A stretch of DNA of 64,000 nt. Origin: Parcubacteria group bacterium Gr01-1014_3. Its GTDB lineage: Bacteria; Patescibacteriota; Minisyncoccia; UBA6257; WO2-44-18. The notes under the pieces are model-generated. The model was not told the origin of the DNA, ran no database searches, and was given only the letters and a program-made list of their open reading frames with translations. This document shows positions 54,484-62,830 of the stretch, one piece after another. The stretch is from NCBI GenBank assembly GCA_007376445.1, contig VMGF01000002.1, positions 103,928 to 167,927 on the forward strand, given 5' to 3'. The position numbers and the translations under genes were made by a program. Position 1 is the stretch's first letter. Each line of letters opens with the position of its first letter.

Positions 54484-54519
54484 GTTGTTTCGGTATCTAA
54501 AAAAATAAGTTGGGGCATG
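54484..54519 (-). pseudogene. duplicated 5' fragment of the exonuclease gene (MPQLIFLDTETT*)
   Basis: ~33 nt identical to 53684-53716 incl. start codon, then stop. Confidence 0.5.
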
Positions 54520-54521
54520 GT

Positions 54522-55070
54522 TTATTTTGGGTTTGGTTGTTGCTTCTCTGTAAGTTTAATATATTCAACAAGCTTTGCGCCATCAATAAGCTCTATACCA
54601 ACCCTGTTGGCAAAAATTCTAGCCGTATGAATAAATCCATAAGTGAAATAACTGGTGGTGACGAAAATTCCTTTGGCGTCGGGATGATCAGCCTTGAGTG
54701 CCCCGAAGAACTCCCTCACCTGCTGTACGCGCACAGGGTGTTTAAGTCCGTATTTTTTGACCTGAATATAATAAATTTGACTATCCTTCTCTGCCTTCAC
54801 ATCAAATCCACCATCGGCCTGATGAACTCCGCCAATAACCTGAACATTCTCATATCCCATTTTTTTAAAAAGCATACCAATATAATCTTCAAATTCTTCT
54901 GGGTGCAATTTATGTATAAGGTCACCGAGGGTCTTTTGGCTGGCCAGCCACTTCTTATATCGCCTGTAGCGAAAATAGCCAACGATCAATCCAACTGCAA
55001 TGAACGGCACCAAGACATAAACAAAGGGTTTAATTGCGGCCAGCAAGACGGCCTGAGGAAGTTCGATCAT
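54522..55070 (-). CDS. Mrr-like restriction endonuclease domain protein, membrane-anchored
   Basis: TM then Mrr_cat pattern (FE..IG.LF..MGY, QADGGFD, YYIQVKKY, GIFVTTSYFT). Confidence 0.7.
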   Translation of the reverse strand: MIELPQAVLLAAIKPFVYVLVPFIAVGLIVGYFRYRRYKKWLASQKTLGDLIHKLHPEEFEDYIGMLFKKMGYENVQVIGGVHQADGGFDVKAEKDSQIYYIQVKKYGLKHPVRVQQVREFFGALKADHPDAKGIFVTTSYFTYGFIHTARIFANRVGIELIDGAKLVEYIKLTEKQQPNPK

Positions 55071-55092
55071 ATGTATATCTTACTATAAAATT

Positions 55093-55119
55093 TGCGCCCT
55101 CGGCAGGGATCGAACCCGC
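55093..55119 (-). pseudogene. tRNA 3' fragment (T arm GCGGG-TTCGATC-CCTGC + acceptor 3' strand CGAGGGC-G)
   Basis: no matching 5' half (GCCCTCG) upstream; parent tRNA not in window. Confidence 0.5.
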
Positions 55120-55159
55120 AAAATCGGGATAGCCAAACTTAAGCTACTGCCAAGAATTT

Positions 55160-55192
55160 TAAAACCGCCATTGGGCCCAATGGCGGTTTTAG
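55160..55192. terminator. bidirectional hairpin terminator (aaaaccgccattgggcccaatggcggtttt)
   Basis: perfect 12-bp stem. Confidence 0.5.
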
Positions 55193-55350
55193 GACGGAAT
55201 CAGTCGATGTATCACGAACAATCTTTTCTAAGACCCCTCTAAAGCAATCGCGTCAGATTTGTCAGAAAATTAAGATCGTCTGAGTAAGGAAATATTCTAA
55301 TTCTTGAGGTGAGTTGCTCGATTGGTACCTAGCTTTCATCCGACCCATAA

Positions 55351-55716
55351 TCACTTACCAAGTTTGTTGTATTTCGGTTTATATCTCGAAATTTCCGAAG
55401 CCTCAAAATCTTCAGCTTCTTGAGCGTTATCGCAAAGATGATAGCCGAAATGCGTTACGCCTGGCCAGTAATCACCTCGAAGATGGTCAAGCAGCCTACC
55501 TCGGATGCCGTCTTCGCTAACTGCCCTTCCGATGTAAAGAGGTATTAGGCCGCCATCCGTTGTTATCAAGCCGCAATAATAAACACCGATATGGTATGAA
55601 TTCAAATTACGTACGGTATCATCATTGTAGCTATAATGCCCACTATAATCGTTCACCATTATTGTTATTTCATCTCTTCTTATTATTCTCCGGCTCGACG
55701 AACCTTCGCGGCGCAT
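55351..55716 (-). CDS. GIY-YIG nuclease-domain protein
   Basis: GVYYCG...PLYIGRA...R..HL; likely start at the internal Met (MVNDYSG). Confidence 0.5.
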   Translation of the reverse strand: MRREGSSSRRIIRRDEITIMVNDYSGHYSYNDDTVRNLNSYHIGVYYCGLITTDGGLIPLYIGRAVSEDGIRGRLLDHLRGDYWPGVTHFGYHLCDNAQEAEDFEASEISRYKPKYNKLGK

Positions 55717-55865
55717 TAAGAGAAAATGCTCGGTGAACCAGCTGTGGTCACTCTATAATTTTCTAAAATAACGTGGGCTATGTCAAATAGTATTGTGAAT
55801 ATGATGTGTATGATCTGGGGATAATTTTTCCTTGACGGTTTGCCTACGCTTGGTAAATTTACTAT

Positions 55866-56498
55866 ATGCATAACCTACAAATCAAATTATTAAAAATCCT
55901 TGGGAAGATAGATTTTTCCAAAGAAAGCCTGCGGAGTATCGCCAAAATGGTGGGCGAAAAATATCCACAAAAGATAAAGCACCATATTACCCAGTTAGAG
56001 AAAAAGTATCTAATCTCCGTAGACTGGCAGAATAAGCGGATCACAAAGACCGATCCGAAAAAAATGAATAACTCTCCCCTACTCTCGATCCCGATCGTAG
56101 GTATGGCCAACTGCGGCCCAGCCCTGGTCTTTTCCGAGCAGAATATCGAAGGCTTCGTAAAAATTTCCAAAGTGATCCTCGGTCTCAAAGCGATTGGCGA
56201 CTTCTTCGCTATCCGCGCTTCCGGTAATTCGATGAATCGCGCGAAGGTGGCCGGCAAAAGCATTGAAGACGGCGATCTAGTCATAGTTGATCCTCGGCTC
56301 AAAGAACCCCGCAATGGCGACTATGTTCTTTCTATTATCGACAATGTCGGCAACATCAAAAAATTCTTCCGTGACGCCAAAAATAAGCTAGTCATGCTGC
56401 TCTCCGAATCCACCGAAGACTATCCTCCAATCTATATATCCCCTCGTGAAGACTACTTCGTAAGCGGAAAGGTCATCTATGTAATAAAAAAGAGCTAG
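55866..56498 (+). CDS. LexA-like S24 peptidase family repressor (N-terminal HTH + C-terminal S24)
   Basis: ASGNSMN Ser nucleophile region and downstream K; ~210 aa. Confidence 0.65.
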   Translation: MHNLQIKLLKILGKIDFSKESLRSIAKMVGEKYPQKIKHHITQLEKKYLISVDWQNKRITKTDPKKMNNSPLLSIPIVGMANCGPALVFSEQNIEGFVKISKVILGLKAIGDFFAIRASGNSMNRAKVAGKSIEDGDLVIVDPRLKEPRNGDYVLSIIDNVGNIKKFFRDAKNKLVMLLSESTEDYPPIYISPREDYFVSGKVIYVIKKS

Positions 56499-56521
56499 TT
56501 TTCGTTCAACCGATAACTATT

Positions 56522-57415
56522 TTGAAAAAAATGATCCAGCTTAATTTATTTAGCAGTAGGTCATTATTGTATAATGAGTACATGGAGCTGGATCAATATT
56601 TCACTAAGTCTGATGTAGCTAACCGGTGTCTTGAGCTTCTTTATGACAAGCTCCCAGGAATTCGAAATAAGTCCTTTATAGAGCCGTCAGCTGGCAATGG
56701 GTCTTTTTATTCAATTTTGCCAAAATCACGAAGAATTGGCTTAGATATTGCTCCCCAGTCGCCTGATATTAAAAGGGCAGATTTTTTGAGCTGGGAACCT
56801 AAAAGAAGCTCTCAGGATAAATATGTGATAGTCGGGAACCCTCCATTTGGACACCGCTCCAAGCTAGCTATAGATTTTTTTAATCATTCAGCAGATATCG
56901 CAAACACGATTGCTTTTATCGTACCTCGTCAATTCGAAAAATATTCTGTTCACTCAAAATTAAACAAAGACTTTAGACTTATCCACAGCCAAGAATTGGC
57001 CGAAAATTCATTCTACACTCCAAGTGGCAAGGATTTTGCCGTACGATGCGTTTTCCAAGTTTGGACTCGCAATGAAACAGAGCATGAAAACATGCGCATA
57101 CTTGAAGCGCCTCCAATCGTCCACCCCGACTTTGAGATGTACCAGTACAACAACACCCCAGATGCGCTAAAGTTTTTTGATAAAGACTGGGACTTTGCCG
57201 TTCCTAGGCAGGGCTATGAAGATTATACAAGGCGCGAAAAGCATAAAAATCGCTGCGAACTTAATAAGCAGTGGATAATGTTTAAGGTAAAAACGGAACA
57301 GGCTCGAGATAGACTGTTCAATTTTGACTTCTTTTCGCTTGCCAAGAAGAACACGATGGTTTATGGTTTCGGCAAAGCCGACGTCGTAATGGAATACAGC
57401 AAGCGTTATGATTAA
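56522..57415 (+). CDS. type II N6-adenine DNA methyltransferase
   Basis: motif I EPSAGNGSF, motif IV NPPF (VIVGNPPFG). Confidence 0.75.
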   Translation: MKKMIQLNLFSSRSLLYNEYMELDQYFTKSDVANRCLELLYDKLPGIRNKSFIEPSAGNGSFYSILPKSRRIGLDIAPQSPDIKRADFLSWEPKRSSQDKYVIVGNPPFGHRSKLAIDFFNHSADIANTIAFIVPRQFEKYSVHSKLNKDFRLIHSQELAENSFYTPSGKDFAVRCVFQVWTRNETEHENMRILEAPPIVHPDFEMYQYNNTPDALKFFDKDWDFAVPRQGYEDYTRREKHKNRCELNKQWIMFKVKTEQARDRLFNFDFFSLAKKNTMVYGFGKADVVMEYSKRYD

Positions 57416-58082
57416 CTCTTTATTTGAATCTATTCGAGATGACAAACAACTCTATCTAAATGCCCGCGAAGGAAGTGAATTTGAAGATAGGGTTGTTTAC
57501 TATTTAAAAAGCACCCTTGGCCTAACCCGCATCCTAAGACGGGACGTTGTGGCAAAAGACTGGGCGGCAATCAGTAGCCAGCTGGCTAATAAATTTGGCA
57601 CAGAATACCTTAACTTGCCCAATAAAAAGCTTAGAAAAACATTCATCTACCAACCACGCGGAAAACAAGAGTTTCCAGACATTATTGTTTTTAGTGATAA
57701 AAAAGTCATACCTATTGAGATAAAGTTCTCAGCTAATAGCCAGACGAAACCCATGTGGAATAGTAATGTTCCTAGGGCTAATGCTTTTTATATTTTTGGA
57801 TCATATGGGTTACAGGACATAACTTTCTTTTGTGGTGATAGCATCATTAGTCCAAAACACAGGGAAAGGCTGTATGGATTTTTTGATGATATCAAGAAGC
57901 TAGAGGATGAGATCAGAACTAAAATGCCTGAGCTGGATACAACGGACCGAGGATTTACTCCTTATATTAGAGCGGCATTCGATCAAAAAAAGCACAAGGA
58001 TACGGTAGTAACAAACTTCTTCACTCATCCGAAGCGGATTGAGGCAGAGAATTTAGCAATCGAAAAGCTGAAAGCCCTATAG
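57408..58082 (+). CDS. putative type II restriction endonuclease (PD-(D/E)xK)
   Basis: PDIIVF...IEIK motif; overlaps the MTase stop. Confidence 0.5.
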   Translation: MINSLFESIRDDKQLYLNAREGSEFEDRVVYYLKSTLGLTRILRRDVVAKDWAAISSQLANKFGTEYLNLPNKKLRKTFIYQPRGKQEFPDIIVFSDKKVIPIEIKFSANSQTKPMWNSNVPRANAFYIFGSYGLQDITFFCGDSIISPKHRERLYGFFDDIKKLEDEIRTKMPELDTTDRGFTPYIRAAFDQKKHKDTVVTNFFTHPKRIEAENLAIEKLKAL

Positions 58083-58087
58083 GGAGC

Positions 58088-58885
58088 TTATTCAACTCCT
58101 AATGCAGATTTGGCGCGAGCATAATTAGCTTTTCGATCATCTAATCCAGTAAGACCCCCATTAATTGCCTTCGTAAGTCTAACGAAATCTCCACTATCGG
58201 CGATAATATTACAGTTTCGGTTGTTCCAATACCAACCAGCCGAACGAAATGCATCTAATGGCTGCTCAAGCAATTCCGGAAATGCGATCAGATCGATACC
58301 CAGCCCAATACCGCACGCTTTATAATTACTACGGCCAGTTGTCTGGATAACGCCCCGACCTCTATATCGCCATCCGTCACCACTTGCTTCGTCCCCATTT
58401 CCCAAGCGATTACTATAAACGTGGTTTGCGATTTTCTCTGCCTGCTTAGCATAAACGCTGGCACTTTCTGACGTAAAACGACTTGGCCAGGTATTTACTA
58501 GGGCTTGAGCCGAATAATTCAGATTTTCTAAAAATGCGGAATACCCAGCCGATTCGTGAGAAGTTTGAGCAATGAAGGCAGCAATACGAATAGGAGTATT
58601 TATTTCGAACTCGGTTAATACTTTCAATAAATGTGGCAGATACTCGTTACATTTAGACTCCGCTAGGGTAGGAAGAATTTTTCCTAATTGTTCTGCGGTA
58701 ATAAGAACATCGACGCTTTCAAGAATACTCGGCGGTTCAGAACCTGGAATTTGAGGCGTAGATTTAATTGCCGTTTCGCTTATCGAATCATCCGGAGTTG
58801 ATATTGGGGTATTAATGGAAACCGAAGATTTCGGTTTAAGGTACTCCTTCAGAAAATTAATTATGTTTTGTATTATGTATTTCAT
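58088..58885 (-). CDS. GH19 family lysozyme/chitinase-like protein with N-terminal extension
   Basis: FIAQTSHESAGY, RYRGRGVIQTTGRSNY GH19 catalytic motifs. Confidence 0.7.
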   Translation of the reverse strand: MKYIIQNIINFLKEYLKPKSSVSINTPISTPDDSISETAIKSTPQIPGSEPPSILESVDVLITAEQLGKILPTLAESKCNEYLPHLLKVLTEFEINTPIRIAAFIAQTSHESAGYSAFLENLNYSAQALVNTWPSRFTSESASVYAKQAEKIANHVYSNRLGNGDEASGDGWRYRGRGVIQTTGRSNYKACGIGLGIDLIAFPELLEQPLDAFRSAGWYWNNRNCNIIADSGDFVRLTKAINGGLTGLDDRKANYARAKSALGVE

Positions 58886-59087
58886 TTGATTTTTTTATTA
58901 TTTTTAGATTTTTGGTACAAAAAACCCGGATAACTTTTCGCCGGGTTTGAAAAACATGTTTCAGTTTTTCTTTAATCAGAGATGATTCTAGCTTTTCGGT
59001 AATCCCCGATGATGACGAATTGTTATTTATTTTTTGTCAGCTACTGACGCTATATATAACGAGCCAGGGGAGACTTTATTTCATTAT

Positions 59088-59135
59088 CTTCTCCAATTCC
59101 TCTAAAATGCGGACCATGGCGAAGGTGGGGAGTTT
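59088..59135. repeat. cassette-boundary direct repeat copy 1 (~48 bp)
   Basis: 40/40 identical to 60528-60567 then divergent tail gggagttt. Confidence 0.7.
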
Positions 59136-59139
59136 GGGA

Positions 59140-59400
59140 CTAGTGTTTATAAACACTTTGTCGATGGCCGATACTCAAAACGAGAATTATTAATCGGTTT
59201 TTTTCGATCCGGTAAATTATCCTGTATGGCCAAATATGAATGCTAAACTTACCGGCGAGTTCGCCAGTAAGTGGCTGCCCCAGAAATGGATCTTGTTCCA
59301 AGTCCTTAAGCGCTTTTAATACGCCGTCCTTTTTAGCCCTAGGAAGCTTTTGCAGTCTTTTTCTGGCTGATTTTGCGATTATTACGTGATACCTGGACAT
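59140..59400 (-). CDS. relE: RelE/ParE-family toxin
   Basis: 86 aa, MSRYHVIIAKSARKRLQKL... typical RelE/StbE pattern. Confidence 0.7.
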   Translation of the reverse strand: MSRYHVIIAKSARKRLQKLPRAKKDGVLKALKDLEQDPFLGQPLTGELAGKFSIHIWPYRIIYRIEKNRLIILVLSIGHRQSVYKH

Positions 59401-59671
59401 ATCCTTCTTCTTTTAATATTTCATCAAGAGTTGAGTATTGGCCCTTCGCGTATTCGGACTCCCCCTTCTTAATGTCTTTCATTATCAACGGATTATTTAA
59501 TATATCAACAGTCTCGATTAAAGACTGATATTCATCCACAGACAAAACCACCGCTTTGGGACGGCCCTTGTCAGTTAACGTATAGTGCCTGTTGGGCCTT
59601 TGTACGTCTTCCGCAATATCAAAAATTTTCCTGCGCGCCTCTGAAATAGGCAATGTAGTGCTTTTACTCAT
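59339..59671 (-). CDS. Phd/YefM-family antitoxin
   Basis: start at MSKSTTLPISEARRKIFDI (the track's 5' extension is repeat-derived); overlaps the relE start. Confidence 0.65.
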   Translation of the reverse strand: MSKSTTLPISEARRKIFDIAEDVQRPNRHYTLTDKGRPKAVVLSVDEYQSLIETVDILNNPLIMKDIKKGESEYAKGQYSTLDEILKEEGYVQVSRNNRKISQKKTAKAS

Positions 59672-59726
59672 ATGTACATAATAACGTACACCTAGCCGAT
59701 AGGTCAAGTTAGTTATCCACCGCAAG

Positions 59727-59774
59727 TTTCTCCAATTCCTCCAAAATGCGGACCGTGGCGAAGGTGGGGAGTTT
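59727..59774. repeat. cassette-boundary direct repeat copy 2
   Basis: 45/48 identical to copy 1. Confidence 0.7.
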
Positions 59775-59933
59775 CGGTGAGACTTTTGAGTCAAATTAGC
59801 CCTGGGGATAACTATTGACTTTATGTGCCTGTCTTTGATACAATCTAGACAAGATCACCACGAAAAAGGCCCCATAAGGACGAGACCTTATAGGGGCCTT
59901 TTTCTTTTTTAGGGCCGTAAGCATGTATTCAAG

Positions 59934-60164
59934 TTATCTTGAAACAATCTTTCTAATTCCAAATTGGTTAAATTTCTCAATGATTCCTTTTACTAATTCT
60001 CTTTTTAGTCTTGAGTGTCTAGGAATTGTGGTAACGAATCGGCCGTGAACATCCTCTACTTTGTAATGCTTCCTACCAGACTTAACGACAAAACCGCATT
60101 TTTTTGCGGTTTTGATTAGTTCGTCTGAAGAACAATCGGAAGCATTAAGACTTAATTCCTTCAT
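59934..60164 (-). CDS. hicA: HicA-family toxin (mRNA interferase)
   Basis: KKCGFVVKSGRKHYKV...GRFVTTIPRHS. Confidence 0.7.
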   Translation of the reverse strand: MKELSLNASDCSSDELIKTAKKCGFVVKSGRKHYKVEDVHGRFVTTIPRHSRLKRELVKGIIEKFNQFGIRKIVSR

Positions 60165-60492
60165 AAGACGAAATCTTCATTTCTAATTCTCGGCTTCTCC
60201 TCGGGGCTGGGAAAGCGTCTAATTCGTATGCAACACTGACCGGCGGTAAATATGTTGGCATGTACTGAAAAAATTTTTGAGGAACTTCAAGATATGTTTT
60301 TACACAATCATTAACCATCTCTACTAGTTCGGACAGCGTATCCCCCTGAGTAACGCACCCTGGAAAAGAAAGTATTTCAGCAAAAAACCCTCCGTCTTCA
60401 GAGCGGCCAACTTTTACGTTTATTCTCGTAGAAAATTCACTCCTTAATTCCTTAATTCTTTTTATGTCTTTTTTGGTAATCTTTCTCTCCAT
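60145..60492 (-). CDS. hicB: HicB-family antitoxin
   Basis: FFAEILSFPGCVTQGDTLSE (RNase H-like HicB N-domain). Confidence 0.65.
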   Translation of the reverse strand: MERKITKKDIKRIKELRSEFSTRINVKVGRSEDGGFFAEILSFPGCVTQGDTLSELVEMVNDCVKTYLEVPQKFFQYMPTYLPPVSVAYELDAFPAPRRSRELEMKISSYEGIKS

Positions 60493-60518
60493 GTTTATAT
60501 ATTATAGGACGTAGGCCT

Positions 60519-62591
60519 TTAAATCAACTTCTCCAATTCCTCTAAAATGCGGACCATGGCGAAGGTGTCGAGTTTGCAGTATTCGAGCATGTCTTTGCGG
60601 AGTTGGGCTTTATCGATTGTAAGATCGCCACGGGGCGTTGCCCCTCGCGATGACGGGTCTCCGGGCGCAATGACGGAGGAATCGGGGTCGTCCTGCGGGG
60701 CAGGACGGCCGATCAACTTGAGCCAACTGGAGGAGGCGGTGCCGCCTTCTTGGATGGCCAGCTTTTTGTAGGAAAGTTCCGGGGCGAGGACGGGCTGAAC
60801 TTTTTTGATCGAGGTACTGCCCTTAAAATCTTTGTGGACGTAGTGCTGTTTGGTGAAGATGTCCATGAGGTCGTAGGTTCTGGAATTTATTGACTCAATA
60901 AATTCCTTGGCTTCGGGGACGCGCGCGGCGATCTCGGTGTTTCTCGAGCACTCGAAGCGCTTGCTCCAGACGATCAGACTCCCCTTCGGCCCGATCTGCG
61001 ACTGCAGGGATTCCACAAATGGTCGGCTGGGGTCGGTAGCCTGGTCGTGTAAAAATTCAAAGTGCTTCAACTTCGCGCCGAGCTCATCTAAAACATAAAG
61101 CGAGTATTGAAACGGGATCTGCTGATATGGCGAAAACCCGTCGAACATCGGAATGGCGGCCGGGAAAGTTTCATAGTCCACGAAATAAAGAGGATATTTT
61201 AACTGCTCCAACTCTTCTTGTATTTTTATTTTATCTACCAAAATCTGATTCAGCACGAAAGCCCGGATCTGATTTTTCTGCGTGTCGTTGAGTTCCATCT
61301 CCTCCGGAACTTCGTGAATATGAAATTTATTGCCGTCGATCAGCGATTCCAGTTTTTTCTTACTTAAGCCGATGCGGTTAATATCGTGGACGCTGTATTT
61401 CGGCACCTGGGGATTGGAGTGATGAAAAGTCGCGCAGTGGTTAGACCGACCCTTGTATATGCAGGTACAAGACCCGGGCGGTTCTTTATCGCTTGAAAGA
61501 TACTTCAAGGCCTGCTCCATCTCTAAAGCCACTGGTAGGGCGAGTTCATTGATCTCGCGGGTGATATTGTCGCTTTTGAATAGATTAACGAGGTCGAGCG
61601 CGCCCTGGCGGACATATTCCGAGTTGAGGTGCATTAGATTTATCTCATTAATCTTGAGGCCGCACTTTCTTAATAAATTGACCTGGAAAGCGAGATCATA
61701 ATAATGGCGCTTCTTGTCGGTGTCGTTGGAGGCTTTGATTTCGGTGATATTCCAGGCGTCCGCCGATTTGTCGTAGGTCAGCACATCCACCGCGGCGAGA
61801 AAGTTGTCTTTTAGAAATACCGGCTGGAAAATGACTTCTTGTTTTTTAGCGATCAGCTCGGCGGTAAGTTTTTGCGCGGCCTCATCCCGGCCTTCAATCA
61901 GCACACCGCTGGGCCAAATTTTGCGCGCCTCTAACTCCACCTCATTACCGGTTTCGATGATGTGCTTTTCAAAATCGGAAAGCTCCGATTTGTAATAAAT
62001 ATCGGGCTGATGAATTTTGTGCCAGACATTCTTCGGGCACTCCCGGAAAAGGATGTAGTCAGTTTTGGATATAAACATATGGATATTTTTATATTTTCTC
62101 TGTAATCTATCTATCAATTCTCTACAAAATAAGACCGTATTATCAATATTATCATTATAAGCATCTTCGACGGGTGTTTTCTCAAGAGGATACTTGCCAG
62201 ATTCTATAGCCCTTCGAATTTTTTTTAAATAATTTTCAATATCATCATCAATATCTGCAAAACAACGTTTGTAAAAATTTATTAAATTGTGCCTTGTAAA
62301 TGCCTGGACGAATCCAGCGCCTGTTGAATCGAGTGCAATCATTCCCTCTTGTAAGGCAATTGCCTTGAGATAGCATTCTATAGCAAACCCGTAGTTCATA
62401 ATGATACGACTGCTATACCTTATGTTATTTTTATATTTTTCATATAATAAATCGGCGATTTCCTCATTGATCTTGGCGTGGGAGATCCAAAGGAAGGGGT
62501 CTTGAGCTGATTCTTTCCATGCCTCGGCATCGTAAATATCACGAGAAAAATCCTCCGGAGGTTTATCCCAAATTAAATCATCTTCATGCAT
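60519..62591 (-). CDS. large multidomain nuclease-like protein (PD-(D/E)xK + Cys cluster, DUF2779-like; C-terminal DnaQ-like DxE)
   Basis: VDVLTYD...ITEIKAS (D..E.K), CTCIYKGRSNHC, C-terminal LYFVDYETF. Confidence 0.4.
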   Translation of the reverse strand: MHEDDLIWDKPPEDFSRDIYDAEAWKESAQDPFLWISHAKINEEIADLLYEKYKNNIRYSSRIIMNYGFAIECYLKAIALQEGMIALDSTGAGFVQAFTRHNLINFYKRCFADIDDDIENYLKKIRRAIESGKYPLEKTPVEDAYNDNIDNTVLFCRELIDRLQRKYKNIHMFISKTDYILFRECPKNVWHKIHQPDIYYKSELSDFEKHIIETGNEVELEARKIWPSGVLIEGRDEAAQKLTAELIAKKQEVIFQPVFLKDNFLAAVDVLTYDKSADAWNITEIKASNDTDKKRHYYDLAFQVNLLRKCGLKINEINLMHLNSEYVRQGALDLVNLFKSDNITREINELALPVALEMEQALKYLSSDKEPPGSCTCIYKGRSNHCATFHHSNPQVPKYSVHDINRIGLSKKKLESLIDGNKFHIHEVPEEMELNDTQKNQIRAFVLNQILVDKIKIQEELEQLKYPLYFVDYETFPAAIPMFDGFSPYQQIPFQYSLYVLDELGAKLKHFEFLHDQATDPSRPFVESLQSQIGPKGSLIVWSKRFECSRNTEIAARVPEAKEFIESINSRTYDLMDIFTKQHYVHKDFKGSTSIKKVQPVLAPELSYKKLAIQEGGTASSSWLKLIGRPAPQDDPDSSVIAPGDPSSRGATPRGDLTIDKAQLRKDMLEYCKLDTFAMVRILEELEKLI
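60528..60575. repeat. cassette-boundary direct repeat copy 3 = native 3' coding end of the 60519..62591 gene
   Basis: encodes KLDTFAMVRILEELEKLI*. Confidence 0.7.
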
Positions 62592-62686
62592 GTTGGTAGG
62601 CCAATAATACCATAAATTAAGTTATCCAGAGGGTATCGACCGACAGCGCTTTAATTGTTATATTGAACTTATAAATGGCCTCGGCC

Positions 62687-62704
62687 CTCTCCCGCGAAAG
62701 CGGG
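62687..62704. other. GNRA-capped hairpin ctcccgc-gaaa-gcgggag
   Basis: perfect 7-bp stem; no U-tract. Confidence 0.3.
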
Positions 62705-62757
62705 AGTTACTACATTAAAAGATTTGCATTTTAAAAAATTTGTGATAAGATAACGCC

Positions 62758-62830
62758 GGGGTCGTAACTCAACTGGCAGAGTAGCGGTTTTTTAAGCCGA
62801 AGGTTGTGGGTTCAAGTCCCACCGGCCCCA
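62758..62830 (+). tRNA. tRNA-Lys (TTT)
   Basis: GGGGTCG acceptor, D arm ACTC/GAGT, anticodon loop TTTTTAA, T arm GTGGG-TTCAAGT-CCCAC; promoter-like TTGCAT-16-TAAGAT upstream. Confidence 0.8.

Noticed and set aside
55084-55175. A full-length minus-strand tRNA
   Set aside because: Only the T-arm and acceptor 3' strand are present. No complementary 5' acceptor (GCCCTCG), D-arm or anticodon arm could be found upstream. It is called a fragment.
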